This document shows, in pieces, positions 1 through 13,019 of a stretch of DNA of 60,000 bases. Source of the DNA: Callorhinchus milii (lineage: Eukaryota). The notes beneath the pieces are model-generated. The model was given only the letters and a program-made list of their open reading frames with translations, did no database searches and was not told the DNA's origin. Position numbers and translations under genes: made by a program. Position 1 is the first letter of the stretch. The number at the start of each line of letters is the position of its first letter. The DNA is taken from positions 3,412,001 to 3,472,000 of the forward strand of contig NW_024704742.1 in the NCBI RefSeq assembly GCF_018977255.1, read 5' to 3'.

Positions 1-1589
1 GTTGAATTATCAGTTCCTAGAAACATTGTGTTCTGTTGTAAACTGCACTTTCAGATATTTATACAGTACACACACAACGAACTGTCTGGCGAGATGTTCC
101 TTGCCAAACAGCAGATTTAGTGCCTAATCACTTGGCTTCGAGCATGACCTTGTTTGACAAGGCTTATTTTTGATTATTGGTTGAGCCACACATCCAGCTG
201 CAGTGCAGATCCAGCTACAATACAAGCTCTGGCTGAGTGAGAGCCTTTCGCTCAGACCCTCAGCTCTAGGCAGAGGCAAATCAATACAAAGCAAAGGGAT
301 CGCAGCATGTTGGGGTTCACTTTCCCCAAATAATACTACGGGAATTAAAAGCCTGGGGTTTACAGGGGCTAAACAGCACTGCACAGACCGCCCTCGGATT
401 ATATACAATTCTGTCCGTTTTAAACCCGCATCTCAGAAGAGTTTACAGTGCGAGTATCAAGGCCATTAATTACAGCCAGTAATGTCTACAAGATAACACT
501 GACTCTAATTTCGTGAAATAGTCAAGTGTAAACATTGCGCTGAAGAGCAATTTATCTAGTTGTTCGAAGATAAACTGTTGGCCGTTTCAATTAACTGGGT
601 CTGCAGCCATGAGGCTCGGATAAGTGGGAAGAAATGTGTTGATGTTACGCATGGCTTCCTGCGTGGAGTTAGAAAATCTGCGTAGAAATAAATGCCGTGC
701 AATAGTCTGGCACTTTTGGGACTGATGATGAATGGGAGCATCAATCAATTTTATGCAACAATAGTAGTTTAACAATCACTCTACTGAAAATTGGATTGTC
801 CTTTGGATAGTTTTTAGTTAATATTCATAGCAATCTGTACTTCATTTGCACAGCACATTTTATTATCCATCGAGTTTGTTTGCCTACACTTGCAGAGTAA
901 AATCCTGTGAAGTGCTTTGACACATCTTGAAGACATGAGCAATGTCATATCAAACGCAAGGTTTATTATTAATTCGGTGAATGAAGCACACAGCAATTGA
1001 ACTCTGAACACACACACACACACACAGGGTGTTCACTGCTTCAGATTTAACCCAGTCAGTCCTGAGCCCTGAAATTTCCCGTAGTTTTAGCCTCCAGATA
1101 GCATTGTCTTATAATCGAAATACCGCTTGAATTTTGGAAAATTCTTAAATTGAAGGTTAATTGAGAAGCACCCGCTTTATTAAGCTTCAGTAATACTACT
1201 ATAATAATCCTTGCATTCGATAAAGCATCTTATCATGTCGTTGAGGTGTCTCAAAGTACTTCACAGAACATGCTGTAAAGTGTAGTGACTGTGCACATTG
1301 AGGGCGAAACTCGGCAGCCAATTGCGCTTAGCGGTGTCCCCACAAACAGTCGTGGATTGAGTGACCAAATTAGTATTTTTTTTTGGAAGGGTTTATAACC
1401 AATACATTGCAGGACTCCATTCGCTACACTATAGTATGAGCCTCGACTGTGAGTTGAAAGTCCCGACATTGGTCGTAAACCCACAACCTTCTGACTCGGA
1501 GGCAAGAATTCTACCAACCGAGGCAAGGCTGTAGCATTGAGGTACTGCAAAATAACCCGACGCTGAATCTTGAGCACATCTGGGATTTT

Positions 1590-1730
1590 ATTTGCGGGCA
1601 AGCGTGAGAGCCCATCTGCATTCCCATTATTCTGTTCAGTCCCTTTGTAGATTATCTGCGAAAGAATGGAAGCTGTGAAAACCCACACAGCCCCGCCATC
1701 AACTCATTTGGAAGCTGCAGCAGCGGACGC
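1590..1730 (-). mobile_element. Ty3/Gypsy pol relic (end of RNase H)
   Basis: Translates to IIYKGTEQNNGNADGLSRLP, matching the Gypsy I.Y..G..N..AD.LSRLP motif; upstream sequence is degraded. Confidence 0.6.
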
Positions 1731-2053
1731 AAATAGTTGTTAAGCACTGTAGCACCTTGACAATAAATTCCGGCCTTAGATTTACTCTTCTTAACTTAAC
1801 AATTCAGAGCGACCAGAATTTGGCAAGTTCTTAAAATAGACCTCAGTATTTTGGAAGCCATTTTTCGATAAGTTTCCCTTAAGAAGTACAGAAACCCCGG
1901 GTTCAAATTTTAAACTGAATTGACCAATTTCCCAAATTCTGGACACTCCAAAAAATAACAACAATACTAATCCTTACTTTCAGTATTACTGCCTGCCTCT
2001 CACATCGGGCAGTTGTCTCAAAGCACCTCACGGTACAAATAGTAATAAGTAGC

Positions 2054-2336
2054 AATAATAATCCTTGCATTTGATGTAGCACTTTTCACGTCTTTGAGAC
2101 GTTTCAAAGCGCTTCACATAATATACTGTAAAGTGAATTGACTGTATATTTTGTGGGCGAAACGCGGCAGCCAATTGCGCACAGCAGCGTCCCCACACAC
2201 AGCCGTGGATTGAGTGACCGAATCATTATTGCTTTTTTTTCTTGAGGGACTGTTGTCAGGTGCGTGGAGTAAGGAAACTTGCCCACAGTTTCACCTGCCA
2301 GGAATCAAACCCATGTCTCTCGCTTGCGAGGCGAGG
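2054..2336 (-). mobile_element. tRNA-Ala SINE, head truncated
   Basis: GGGCAAGTTTCCTTACTCCAC core, TGCGCAATTGGCTGCCGCG block and AAATGCAAGGATTATT tail. Confidence 0.9.
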
Positions 2337-4059
2337 GATATGTAGTAAAGTTGTGTGACTGTGTGTGTATTGTGGGTCAATGCTATATAGAGCAAATCTA
2401 GACCCTGGTTGAATTTCGCCCTGAATTTGTAACTGACTAAGTTTAATCCGGAAACCCAAGCTTGTACACCGAGTGTTGAACCCTTGATGAAGGGACTCCT
2501 GCGCTCGAGGAAGCAGCAACTCTGCCTTTCCTGTATTTTCACCCTCACTGCTTCGATGAATGCCTCAGAAGAAGCAACTGTTAATAGGCAAGTGTGAGGC
2601 CAGAGTCTGTAATAATCCGGGATCAGAGCAATTGTGACCTTCCTTTGATGCTGTCCTCCTACCTCGCGGATTCCTGGGAGGAGTTGAACACTACATATGG
2701 CTCGAAGCCTTTGTTCATTCGAGTCACATTTGTTCCAGTCGAGGCATTTTTGCCCACACTTTGCTGTGTGTGTTCAGTTACCAACACCAGAAGTACTGAC
2801 ACTCACACCTTTGATTTAATAGTACACGATTTTGTATATCAACCAAGTTAGAGATTTTTTTACCCGAGTGCTAATTCAGGGCAGAATCCTGACCACTGTA
2901 CTTCGAATTCTTGTTATCCTAACCTGAGTTCTGATGTCAGGAATCTTCTGTAATTGGTATTATTTTTTGGCCCAAATCAATTAAGAGTTGTGAAACGAAG
3001 TCCTCGTTGACAATTCCAGTTCCAAAGATACGAAGTGATTTTGTATCCATGTACTCAAGAGGAAACTTGATGCCTACGTGAGAGAGAAGGGAATGGAGAG
3101 GTGGAGCGGGAAATAGGAGGGGTGGAGGCTCGTGTGGAGTATAAACACCAGCACGGATTGGGGTGTTTGGCCTGTCTCAGCGATGGTGGACCTGCTGCAC
3201 TCACTCTGCCCCCCACTCTCCCATCCCACCACTGAGAAGCACGCCGAGAAATTATTTGCTTCGAGATGTTTCGCCCATAATGTACAGTCAATTCACTTTA
3301 CAGTCTATTCTGTGAAGCGCTTTGGGACGTCCTCCCGACGTGAAAAGCGCTATATCAAATGCAAGGATTATTATTATTATAGCGCCCCTCCAAAGCAGGG
3401 CAATGACTCAGAGCGCCTATGTTAATGCAAGTTGCTGTTTCGGGTGGTGGATCATTCCGTGCCATTCGGCTTTGTTGAATTTTAGTTTTCCTACAGCAGC
3501 CGCAACAACAGCTTGCGCTTATATTGCATTTACTGGCGTGTATCGAGTGCTGGGTTATCGAACGCACATTGGATGGTGGTATTGGTAACACTTGCTCTGT
3601 TATCTCTTTGCACAGATAGCATACATCTGTAGTGGAACAGTTCAGCTGCTCTTTGTGTCTCCTGCTGCTGCCTTATTCGACATTTGGCTGAACCGCTGAG
3701 GAGTCTGCGTGATCTATTCCTACGTGCGCGCATGAGGCAACACAACAGGAACACGTGAAACAAACAGGATCGTTACCGCAGGAAAAATAAAAGGTTGGGA
3801 GGACATGACCCCAGGAAATTCCTGACACTCTCGGTCGGGAGGGACTAATCCTACAGCGGGTGGAGAATGATCACGAAGAAAGCAAAATAATATTAAAAAG
3901 GTACAGGGAAAGGCAGGGAATGACATGAGTGGATAGCACTGGTGGAGGACTTGGCACCGGTAATAATAATTTGCATTTTTATTGCATTTTCTCCACTCCA
4001 CCGCATTGCCCACCTCTGACCGCACCTCATCCTCAAAGCTGTTTGAAACCTTTATAAAA

Positions 4060-4266
4060 TCCCTCCGAAACAAAGCAATAATAAATTGGTCATTTTCAAT
4101 CCACGACTGTTTGTGGGGCAGACGCTGCTGTGCGCAGTTGGCTGCCGCGTTCCGCCCACAAATATATACAGTCAATTTACTTTGCAGTCTATTCTGTGAA
4201 GCGCTTTGAGACGTCGAGAAGACGTGAAAAGCCCTATATCAAATGCAATTATTATTATTATTATTA
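4060..4266 (+). mobile_element. tRNA-Ala SINE 3' half
   Basis: Same 3' blocks and (TTA)n tail. Confidence 0.85.
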
Positions 4267-4269
4267 TCC

Positions 4270-4640
4270 CCATTTTTGCCACCTCCCAACTCGACTACTC
4301 CAATGCCCTCCTCGCCAGTCTCCCCCAGCTTCACCATTCACAAAGTCCAATTAATTCAAAGCTCAGCCGCCCGTCTCCTCACCCGTACCAAATTCGGCAC
4401 CCCCAGCTTCTGCCTTCCTCTCTGACCTGTTCACACCCCACTCCGCTACCCGGCCCCTTCGCTCAGCTGGCTCTGGCCTTCTGCACGTCCATTGACCCTC
4501 CACTCCACCATCAGCAGCCGTGCCTTCAGCGACTACGCCCTGAAGCTCCGGAACTCCCTGCCTCAATCCCTCCGCTTGTTTTCTCTTTGCCCACCTTCAG
4601 ATCATACCTAGATCATACCTTTCTTCTTTCGGCCATGCCT
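4270..4640 (+). mobile_element. L2 LINE 3' fragment
   Basis: Encodes LDYSNALLA and KVQLIQSSAARLLTRT, typical of the L2 ORF2 C-terminus. Confidence 0.8.
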
Positions 4641-4906
4641 GTGGTCACCTCTCCTCTCTCCCTGTCAAATGTCACCATTGTTGAGTGCACTGAGCTTTCA
4701 TCTCAAGGGACCATGCAGCTGACTGGGAGCCCAAACTGGGAGAGGGTGGGGGGTGGGTAGGGAAAGGGGAAAGATGCCTGAGGGATCAGTGGACGTGATA
4801 GGTCTTCAGGTGGATTTTGAAGACGGGAGACGACACGACAAGCCGAATGGCCTCCTTCTGTGCTACGAACATTCTGATGCATTGCAACCGCAGGTGAACA
4901 GGTTAG

Positions 4907-5072
4907 ATCGTTCAAGAGGTTCAATATCCTGTTCGATGGATGCAAAGAAAGGTACAAGTCTCCCTCCCTCCCAGCGCCCTCCAACACTCATCGTTCAAGA
5001 GGTTCAATATCCTGTTCGATGGATGCAAAGAAAGGTACAAGTCTCCCTCCCTCCCAGCGCCCTCCAACACTC
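4907..5072 (+). repeat. Perfect 83-bp tandem duplication
   Basis: 4907-4989 is identical to 4990-5072. Confidence 0.95.
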
Positions 5073-5439
5073 ACCGTTTTGCTCTCAGTGCTGTGCTTCA
5101 CACGTCCAGAAGAGGGAGCAAATATACAGCCCCCAGCCCCACGACACGGTCAAAATTATAGACTGCTTGGTATAATGACACCCGCATACATGCTTATGAA
5201 TTATGGTGTGTTAAGCAAGTGACTACTCAGGAATAATAGTCTCCCTATACTGCGGTGATGGGTCTTGAGAATTTTAGTGCTATTTGAGCAAACGTTTGCA
5301 CATCCACAACGGCTTTAATGTTGAGCTTCCCCGATAGCCTGGACCATACAAACCTGATGGCTACCTGATTGTAGTCAAATACAGGGACTGTAATCCCTGG
5401 TTTATGGATTGGGGTAGGAAGGGAAAGAAATCAGAAGGT

Positions 5440-5795
5440 TGTGCGGTCAAGACCCACATCAGGACTCGGAACTCGTGCAGTCTAAGCTGACACTCCAATG
5501 CAATGCTGGGCGGTGTGCTACATTGTTAGAGGTGTTGTCCTTCAGAAGAGATGTTAAACCAAGGCCCCGACTCCCTGTTCAGGTGGACATTAAAGATCCC
5601 ATGGCCCTATTCGAGTTTCTCCGGGTGTTCTGGCCAACAATGTCCCAAATAAAATTGGTCACTCACTTCATTGCTGTGCGCAAATCGCTCACAAAACATG
5701 GTCCTGCACTTTACAGTGTATCCTGTGAAGCGTTTTGAGACATCCTCCTGACCTGAAAGGCACTACAGCAAATGTAAGGATTATTATTATTATTA
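5440..5795 (+). mobile_element. Deu-domain SINE (SacSINE1/AmnSINE1-like)
   Basis: GATGTTAAACCAAGGCCCC..CCTGTTCAGGTGGACATTAAAGATCCCATGGC Deu core and (TTA)n tail. Confidence 0.85.
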
Positions 5796-8700
5796 TCAGA
5801 CAGTATTTCTGGTTATCCAGAAACTCCCCTGGTGGAAGGTGCATGATTGGGAGTTGAGTGAGTGCAGGATGCAGCTTGGCTAAGACTCTTTGCTTCCCCC
5901 CCCCCCACCCCTCACCCACACTCACAGTGCGTGAACAGCCTTCTGAGTTATGGATCGCACCCAAATCATTTTTGATTTGGGTGAAAAAAACCGGAGGGTG
6001 ACCAGCACCCTGGAAACTGAACGCCAGCCAAAAAACAAGGAGAGAAATTGGCCGAAGTGGATAAAAAGGAAAAGTTCCCATTGAAAGCTCGGCCGGTGAG
6101 GCCGCAAACGAACGAGAACGAAACATGTTTACAAACTCAACGCGTATTGTATAAACGGAGTGCTTTGACAGGGACACAGATTAAGTGCAGGTTTGCCTCG
6201 CACACAACACTTCAGGCCTTTGCCAGACACATCAGACACAATCCAAACCTTGCTTACACAAAGAAATGTCAAAGCCTTTTTAAAACAGTGTCGAGAGGTC
6301 AAAGAAAAGAACACGCAGGTGTGTGTTATGTCAATGACAAGCAGCTACCAAGGCCACTCGCAACCTGATCCCTTCACTAACAAATTCTTAAAGGCATTAC
6401 AAACTTGCAGCAGGAATTTAACCCTAATGCATTGTTCTCCGAGCGCGCTCTCCTCTCCGGCTTGCAACGCAAAAGCTGGCTCTAGCACTTTGGTATTAAC
6501 CCTTTGCGTCAAAGACATTTGTTAAGGTTTTCACACCGGCCACCTTCAAGCCTTCTCGAGCTCCTTCAATGTGCCTTAATCGCCCCTCGCCATTACTTCC
6601 ACAAGTTTTCTGTCAACGGTCAACGGACAAGGCAGGATAAGAAATTAGGCTTTGTGTGGATGCCTCGCTGATCTCAGTATCACCTCCTTGGCTCACTGAC
6701 AGATACTGATACCATCTCAGGTATATTAATAATAATTCTTACATTTTATACAGTGTCTACAACATCGACGCATCTCAAGGTGATTTACAGTGATTTACAG
6801 GTGAATGACCAACTTCTCCAAGGAATATTCTGGCCAGGACACCGAGAGAAACTCTGTTCTCTTTTCGAATAGAGCCATGGGATCTTTGATATCCAAATGA
6901 ATCGGCAGATTAGCCTCAGTTTAGCATCTCATCCAAAGGACGGTCACTCTGATAATGGCCCCAACAACAACCAGACCCAGAGGCAAGGTTGTAACCCACT
7001 GGGCCAGGCTGACACTGACCTATTCTAGGAATTTTCCCAATTATCTGACGGCAGGAAAACTGAAATAATATTCACCTTCAGTACTGTAGGAGAAAGCTCG
7101 TATTACCTACACCGGCAATGCACGCAGCTGGACTGAATGGACCTCCGCGGACATTGTTGGAAGGTTTGGAGACGACCAGAACTAAAAGACTGCCAGTGAC
7201 GGTTCTTCCTGTGTTGCTGCTGATGTCCTGGAATCTACCCTGTGGAGAACATTTCACAACCGCTCCGAGCTTCACGGTGGCTTCTGGCGACAGGCGCGCA
7301 GCATGAAGGCGTCCAGCGAACTGCATCTCTAACCCACGCCATCTGTTCCCAGGGAGAAGTGTCACATTCCTGGTTGCAGGGTGTTTCCCAGAGGCCATGC
7401 AAAGCGGGATTCTGCTCCAAGGGATCGGAGAACATTGTGAAGCAGGTGCCTGAAGCTGGAGTCAGCTTAAGAAGCTCTGCTGAGCCCTGCTGTCAAAGAA
7501 CAGCACTTAATAAGGAGAAGAATAACAAGAATAAGAATCCTTGCGTAAGATATAAAGCCTTTCACATTGTTGAGAGTCTCAAAGCGCTCGCAGGATTTCC
7601 TGTAGAGTGTAGTGACTGTGTATTTTGTAGGCCAGCTTCTCTCAGGCCTTCACTTAACACAACACACAGTAACTATTATCACGGGTGCCAAACACTTCTT
7701 TTTGTAGGGAAACGCCGTAGAACATTTTGCACACCGCAAGTACCCACAAAGGGTAAGCGGCGAGGGTAAGAATGACCAATTAATCTGGAGGGTTGTTGGA
7801 GCACGAGGCCAAGAGAAACTCCCTTTTTAAATAATGTTGGGTGACCTTTCAAGTTCATTCGAAGAGCAGGCAGGCAGGACCTTGGTTCAGCACCTCACAT
7901 GGAAGACCGCACCTCTGATAACGCAGGGTTCCCCCAGTCCTGCACTCGGGTGTCGGACTGGACAAGGGCACAAGTCACTACCTCCACAACAGATCCAAAG
8001 GTGAAAGTGTTCCCCCCGCTTGTCCAGCTAGGACCTTCCAGGTCCTGCCAATGAGCCTGGCCGATTCCAAAATATTAAAGAATTCTCCCAAATCCTTCAA
8101 CGATCTTAAATATTAAGGCAAAATAATCCTACAGATGAGGACAGATGAAATGTATGTCTGCAGGGCGCCTGCAGCATCGAGCACACACGTGGGGGACATG
8201 TAATATAATAATGATAATAACCATTGCATTTGACACAGCACCCCTCACGGCAGAATGAATATCTCAAAGAACTTCCGATGCACTTTAAAATCTAGTGCCT
8301 GTGTGTTTTGAAGGCGAACACGGCAACCAATATGAGCGCAGCAATGGAGCGAACGACCGATTTTATTCGGGGGGTTTTGCTGGCCGGGACAACCTGGAAG
8401 AAACTCCTTTCTCTTTTGAGATGGCCCCACGGGATCTTTAACGTCGCTGGAATGACACCCGAAATGACGCCAATGCCCCGTCGTCGACGTTGGAGCTGTA
8501 AATCCGGTGTCGGGAAGAGGACTGACACAGCCTTTCCATTCAGAAAGAGTCGCGCACCCACCCCGGGGACAGCTGAGAACCGCTCTGGGCGTTATCCGGA
8601 GCAGAACAAAAGGCTGGATTGTAGCTCCGTGATGGGGCAGATCACAATGTAGAACATCTGTTCTACGTTTAGTGGTTACACACAAACCACATGTTCTGGG

Positions 8701-9049
8701 CGAGGGCAGAGCCGTCAAAACGCTGTGACTAATTCACAATAGACAGCGCGGCCCTACCATCCATTTCTCTTTGAAAATGGAGGCCAGGTGTTGTACGGCG
8801 CTCTGCTGCACCTCACTGGCGGGCACCCTACAGTCATCGCCCATGATATTTCCCTCTGCTCCGCTCTGACAGGCACGCAAGGAACCGGACAATGACAGCG
8901 AGGAAGAAACCCACGATGCCCCTTGCCCCACCCGCCCGGACTCCGCCATCTTTACTTCTCAATTCCGAACGCGCTCCAGAAGGAAAGGTCCCCGCAGACG
9001 GCGCATCACAAGGCATGATACATACATGATGACGGAGCCACAGCACGCT

Positions 9050-9340
9050 TGGGTGTCAGCCTGGCTCAGTTGGTTGCACTCTCATCTCCGAGTCAAAAGT
9101 TTCCGGGTTCAAGCCCCACATCGGGTCTTTGACCTCATTGCCTCGGTTGATGGGGCGGGTGGTGAGTGGGGGTGGGGGGGACTGTCTTGTCAGAGGCACA
9201 ATCCCTTGGATGAGATGTTAAGTCGAGGTCCTGACTTACCTGTTCAGGTGAACGTTAAAGACCCCATGGCACTATTCAAAAAGAGAAGGGAGTTTCTCCT
9301 GGAGTCTTGGTCAACAATCCCTGAGGCAAAATTAATTTGT
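9050..9340 (+). mobile_element. Deu-domain SINE with tRNA head
   Basis: TGGCTCAGTTGG A-box, GGTTCAAGCC B-box and Deu core. Confidence 0.85.
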
Positions 9341-9469
9341 GTGTTGAGACGTGACTGTGTGTAAAGTCATGTAAATTCACATTCACCCTCAAATAAACTG
9401 CCACGGTGCTTTACAGTAAATCCTGGCTAAGTGCTTTGAGATATCCTCTTGACAAAACATCCTCCTGAC

Positions 9470-9745
9470 GTGACAAGCCGTACAGTTTCTGCTGGTTAAA
9501 CTCTAGCAGTACCCCAAACGCAAGCTCCTTTGTCCCCAAGCCTTGGCCCTTGCCCGTCTCCGTCTTATATCTTGTGGAATGAGGTAAGCAATGTGCATTA
9601 CCTCCTGGGAGAGCGCGAGTGCACATTCCATTCCAATACATGGGAATTTCCATGTGTAGGTGGGAGGTATGGAACTCTGTTTGGTTTGGATACTGTGAAG
9701 CACGGTAATGGGTTTTCGCATATGTTTTCGCTGACCCCCAAAAAA
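9470..9745 (+). repeat. Unnamed repeat family X, 3' part
   Basis: Homologous to the reverse complement of 41170-41430 and 46196-46450; ends GCTGACCCCCAAAAAA. Confidence 0.75.
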
Positions 9746-9843
9746 TCAAATGCACGATTATCATCATAAAGTAAACTTTGCCTATTGCGTGAGTTGTGTA
9801 AACACATGTCCACAATTCGCATGGTGTTGTGCGGTAAGAAAAT

Positions 9844-10674
9844 GTGGAGCCCCCGTAGCTTAGTTGTAAGAGCGCTCGCTTCGAAGCGAGAGGACCTGGG
9901 TTCGATTCCCGAGCGGGGTGTAACCTTGGGCAAGTTTTCGTATACCACGCGCCTCTGCCTACCCAGCAATGAGTAGGAACCAGTTTGTTGTCGATTCGCT
10001 TTCTAGGGGTAATAATCCCTTTAAAAAAATTTTTTTAAATGATATTAATAATTTGGTCCCTCAATCTACCCACTGTTTGTGGGACGCTGCTGTGCGCAAT
10101 TGGCTGCCGCATTTCAACCACAAATAGACAGTCAATTCACTTTAAGGTATGTTCTGTGAAGTGCTTTTGAGACGGCTCGACGATGTGATAAGGTGGCAAC
10201 AACAACAACAACAACTTGCACTTATGAGCGCCCTCCACTCAGGGCAGCGCCTCAGAGCGCTTAACAGCGGCGGAGCCTGATTCCGAGCCGGGGGCGGAAT
10301 GGGGGAGAGATGGCCGTAAGCACGGTCAAACAGGAAAGTTTTCAGGTGGGACTTGAAAGAGGGGAGAGAGGGGGCGCAAGGCGGAGGGATTAAGGGAGAG
10401 GGTTCCAGAGTTTTGGGGGCATAGTGGCTGAAAGCGCGACCTCCGATGGCGGAGCGGAGGGCGCGAGGGACGAACGGGAGGCCGGTGCCAGTCGAGCGGA
10501 GGCGCCGGGTGAGTGGATTGGGGAGTGAGGAGGCCGGAGAGGGAGGAGGTGCCGGGGAGTGAAGGGATTTTGAACACGAGAGTGAGGAGATCTTGAAGTC
10601 GAGCCGTTCGGTGATGGGGAGCCCGTGGAGCCCGGCCAGAACTGGCGCTATATCAAATGCAAGGATTATTATTA
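9844..10674 (+). mobile_element. tRNA-Ala SINE (long subfamily) split by an L2 insertion
   Basis: SINE body 9844-10195; the tail resumes as GCGCTATATCAAATGCAAGGATTATT at about 10646. Confidence 0.85.
10198..10645 (-). mobile_element. L2 LINE 3' fragment
   Basis: (TTG)n tail, 3' stem-loop, and minus-strand coding remnant CTCCACGGGCTCCCCATC..TTCAAGATC (LHWLP..FKI region). Confidence 0.85.
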
Positions 10675-11854
10675 CCGTTATTATAAAATCAGAGCCCTAC
10701 TTTGGGGCCCTTCTTGCCGTCGCTGCCTGCACTTGCTGAACCAGACGAGACTATTATCCGTGACCAAATGAAGCACTCAACAAAGCATAATGTTGCCATT
10801 ACACTTTACAGTGGAGCCATTGCCGTGACGATATTTTGGTTGTGCAAGTGCCAAAAATGCGGTGGGACGCTGCCAGCACCAGCCCGATCTCCTCAAGTGT
10901 TGATATAAGCAAGGTTACCCTTCAGGAAGTCATCCCACGTCGACTATACTTCGTATCAGCCCGAACGTAACTGCAGCTGGCCCGACATCTGCCTTTTATT
11001 GACTGCACTCGTACGGAGACGTACCCTACCTCCTGCAGGGCCATCCCGTTTTCCATTCATTTAGAAAGAGAGACGATTGTGCTCTCCTGACTCAGCGAGA
11101 CAAGAGTCAAGGGCCAGCGTGTGCTGTCGGACTGGAATCCGGAGAGGTTTGAGCACGCGGTCATCTGATGGCGGTGAGGACGGACGGTCTAACTCTGTCC
11201 TTCCCGGCTCACGCTCACACTGCAACTGAACTGCCAAACACAACAGCCTAAGTTATCCACTTTCCGAGTCCTCTCAGGTAGTTATGGGTCTGACGTTTCC
11301 TCTACACCGCACAGATTTTAACTACAACTAAAAGCACCAGGCAAAGTAACTTGTGTACGATAATAATCCTTGCGCCTGTCGTTATCAGGAAGATGTCTCC
11401 AAGTTCTTCATAGGATTCTACTGTAATACAACTTTACAGGATTTTACTGTATTTGTAGGCGAATATGGCGGCCCAATTGTACGCCGCCAATGTCGCATGA
11501 ACAGCCATGGAGTGAATGATCAATTTTGTTTGGGAGATTGTTGATCATAGTACCGTGGGATCCTTATCACCCACCCAAACAGGCAGAGGGGACCTCGGTT
11601 TAACATCTCATCTGAAGGATAACACCTCTGACTATTCAACACACCCATAGAACCATAGACATGTACCACAGAGAGAAGGCCATTTGGCCCATCGCGTCGC
11701 CAGTGTGTGTGAAACCTCTCAAATAAAATGGAAACACTTTCCACTTTCAGCTTGAAAAGGTTTCAACTTTATTGTAGGTCCACAGCCTCTACCCTCCTCC
11801 TACCCATCCTCTCTGAGCTTTTAACCTTTTATGTGTCCTCCCATTGGATCTACA

Positions 11855-12310
11855 AGGTTATAATAATCCTTACATTTGGTATCGTGCCTTTCGTGTCGGT
11901 AGGACACCCGAAAGCACCTCACGTGAATTTACTGTGAAGTGGAGTAACCATAGAGATAATAGTCAAAGCAGCAGCCAATTGCATACAACAACGTCCCACA
12001 AACAGCCATGAAGTGAATAACCAATTTTATTTGGGGGATGTTAGCCAGGACACTGGGAGGAATTCCCTCATCTTTTCAAATAGCGCCATGAGATCTTTAA
12101 CTTCCGCCTAAACAGGCAGATGGGTCCTCAGTTTCGTGTCTCATCTGTCTCATCCGAAGTTGGGCATCTCTGACAAAGCCATACACCCCCAGTGCTGGAA
12201 TGGAGTTTGATCCTGGACTATGTGAGTTCAAGTCGCAATGTGGAGCTTGAACCCAAAACCTTCTGACTCAGAGATGAGAATGCTACCTACCGGCTGAGCC
12301 AGACTGAAAC
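11855..12310 (-). mobile_element. Full-length Deu-domain SINE
   Basis: tRNA head, Deu core and tail on the minus strand. Confidence 0.85.
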
Positions 12311-12551
12311 ACTAGGTTACCTGATTTATATTCGATAACGCATCCAACATCGCTTTGGCGTGTCAGCTGATTGTATGATCCTTACACATTTGTGAAATCT
12401 AAGGAAGTGAAATAGAGCTCAATTTTTTTTTAGGGGGGGGGAAAGGGACTATTCCCTTTCTGATGTCCAACATGGGAGACATTTCTCAGAGCAATTTAGT
12501 TATTGAATCGATCTTTCAGCCGCACATTCTGATAAGCACCTTAATTGGACT

Positions 12552-12717
12552 GTGGAGTCCTGTAGCTCAGTGGTTAGAGCACTCACTTTGCAAGCGAGAG
12601 ACCTGAGTCAATTCCAGATATATCCCAAACCAAAAACAATAATAAATTGTTCATTTTCAATCTACGGCTTTTTACATTGCTCTGCGCAATTGGCTGCCGC
12701 GTTCGCCCACAAATATA
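12552..12717 (+). mobile_element. tRNA-Ala SINE, deleted and 3'-truncated
   Basis: GGAGTCCTGTAGCTCAGTGGTTAGAGC head; fused to the inverted copy. Confidence 0.9.
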
Positions 12718-13009
12718 GCGCTTTTCACGTCAGGAGGACGTCCCAAAGCGCTTCACAGAACACACTGTAAAGTGAATTGACTGTATATTTGAGGGCGAAC
12801 GCGGCAGCCAATTGCGCACAGCAATGTCCCACAAACAGTCGTAGATTGAAAATGACCAATTTATTATTGTTTTTGGTTTTGGAGGGATTATTATTAGGCT
12901 CTGTGTGGAGTAAGGAAACTTGCCCAAGGTTTCACCCTCTGCCTGGAATTGAACTCAGGTCTCTCGCTCGCAAAGCGAGTGCTCTAACCACTGAGTTACA
13001 GGACTCCAC
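12713..13009 (-). mobile_element. tRNA-Ala SINE (young short subfamily), tail missing
   Basis: Near-identical to the copies at 16337, 22080 and 29283. Confidence 0.95.
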
Positions 13010-13019
13010 ATGTGCATGT

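Noticed and set aside
3496..3690. Two adjacent plus-strand exon-like segments
   Set aside because: The implied intron is only about 30 nt and the peptides are unrecognisable.
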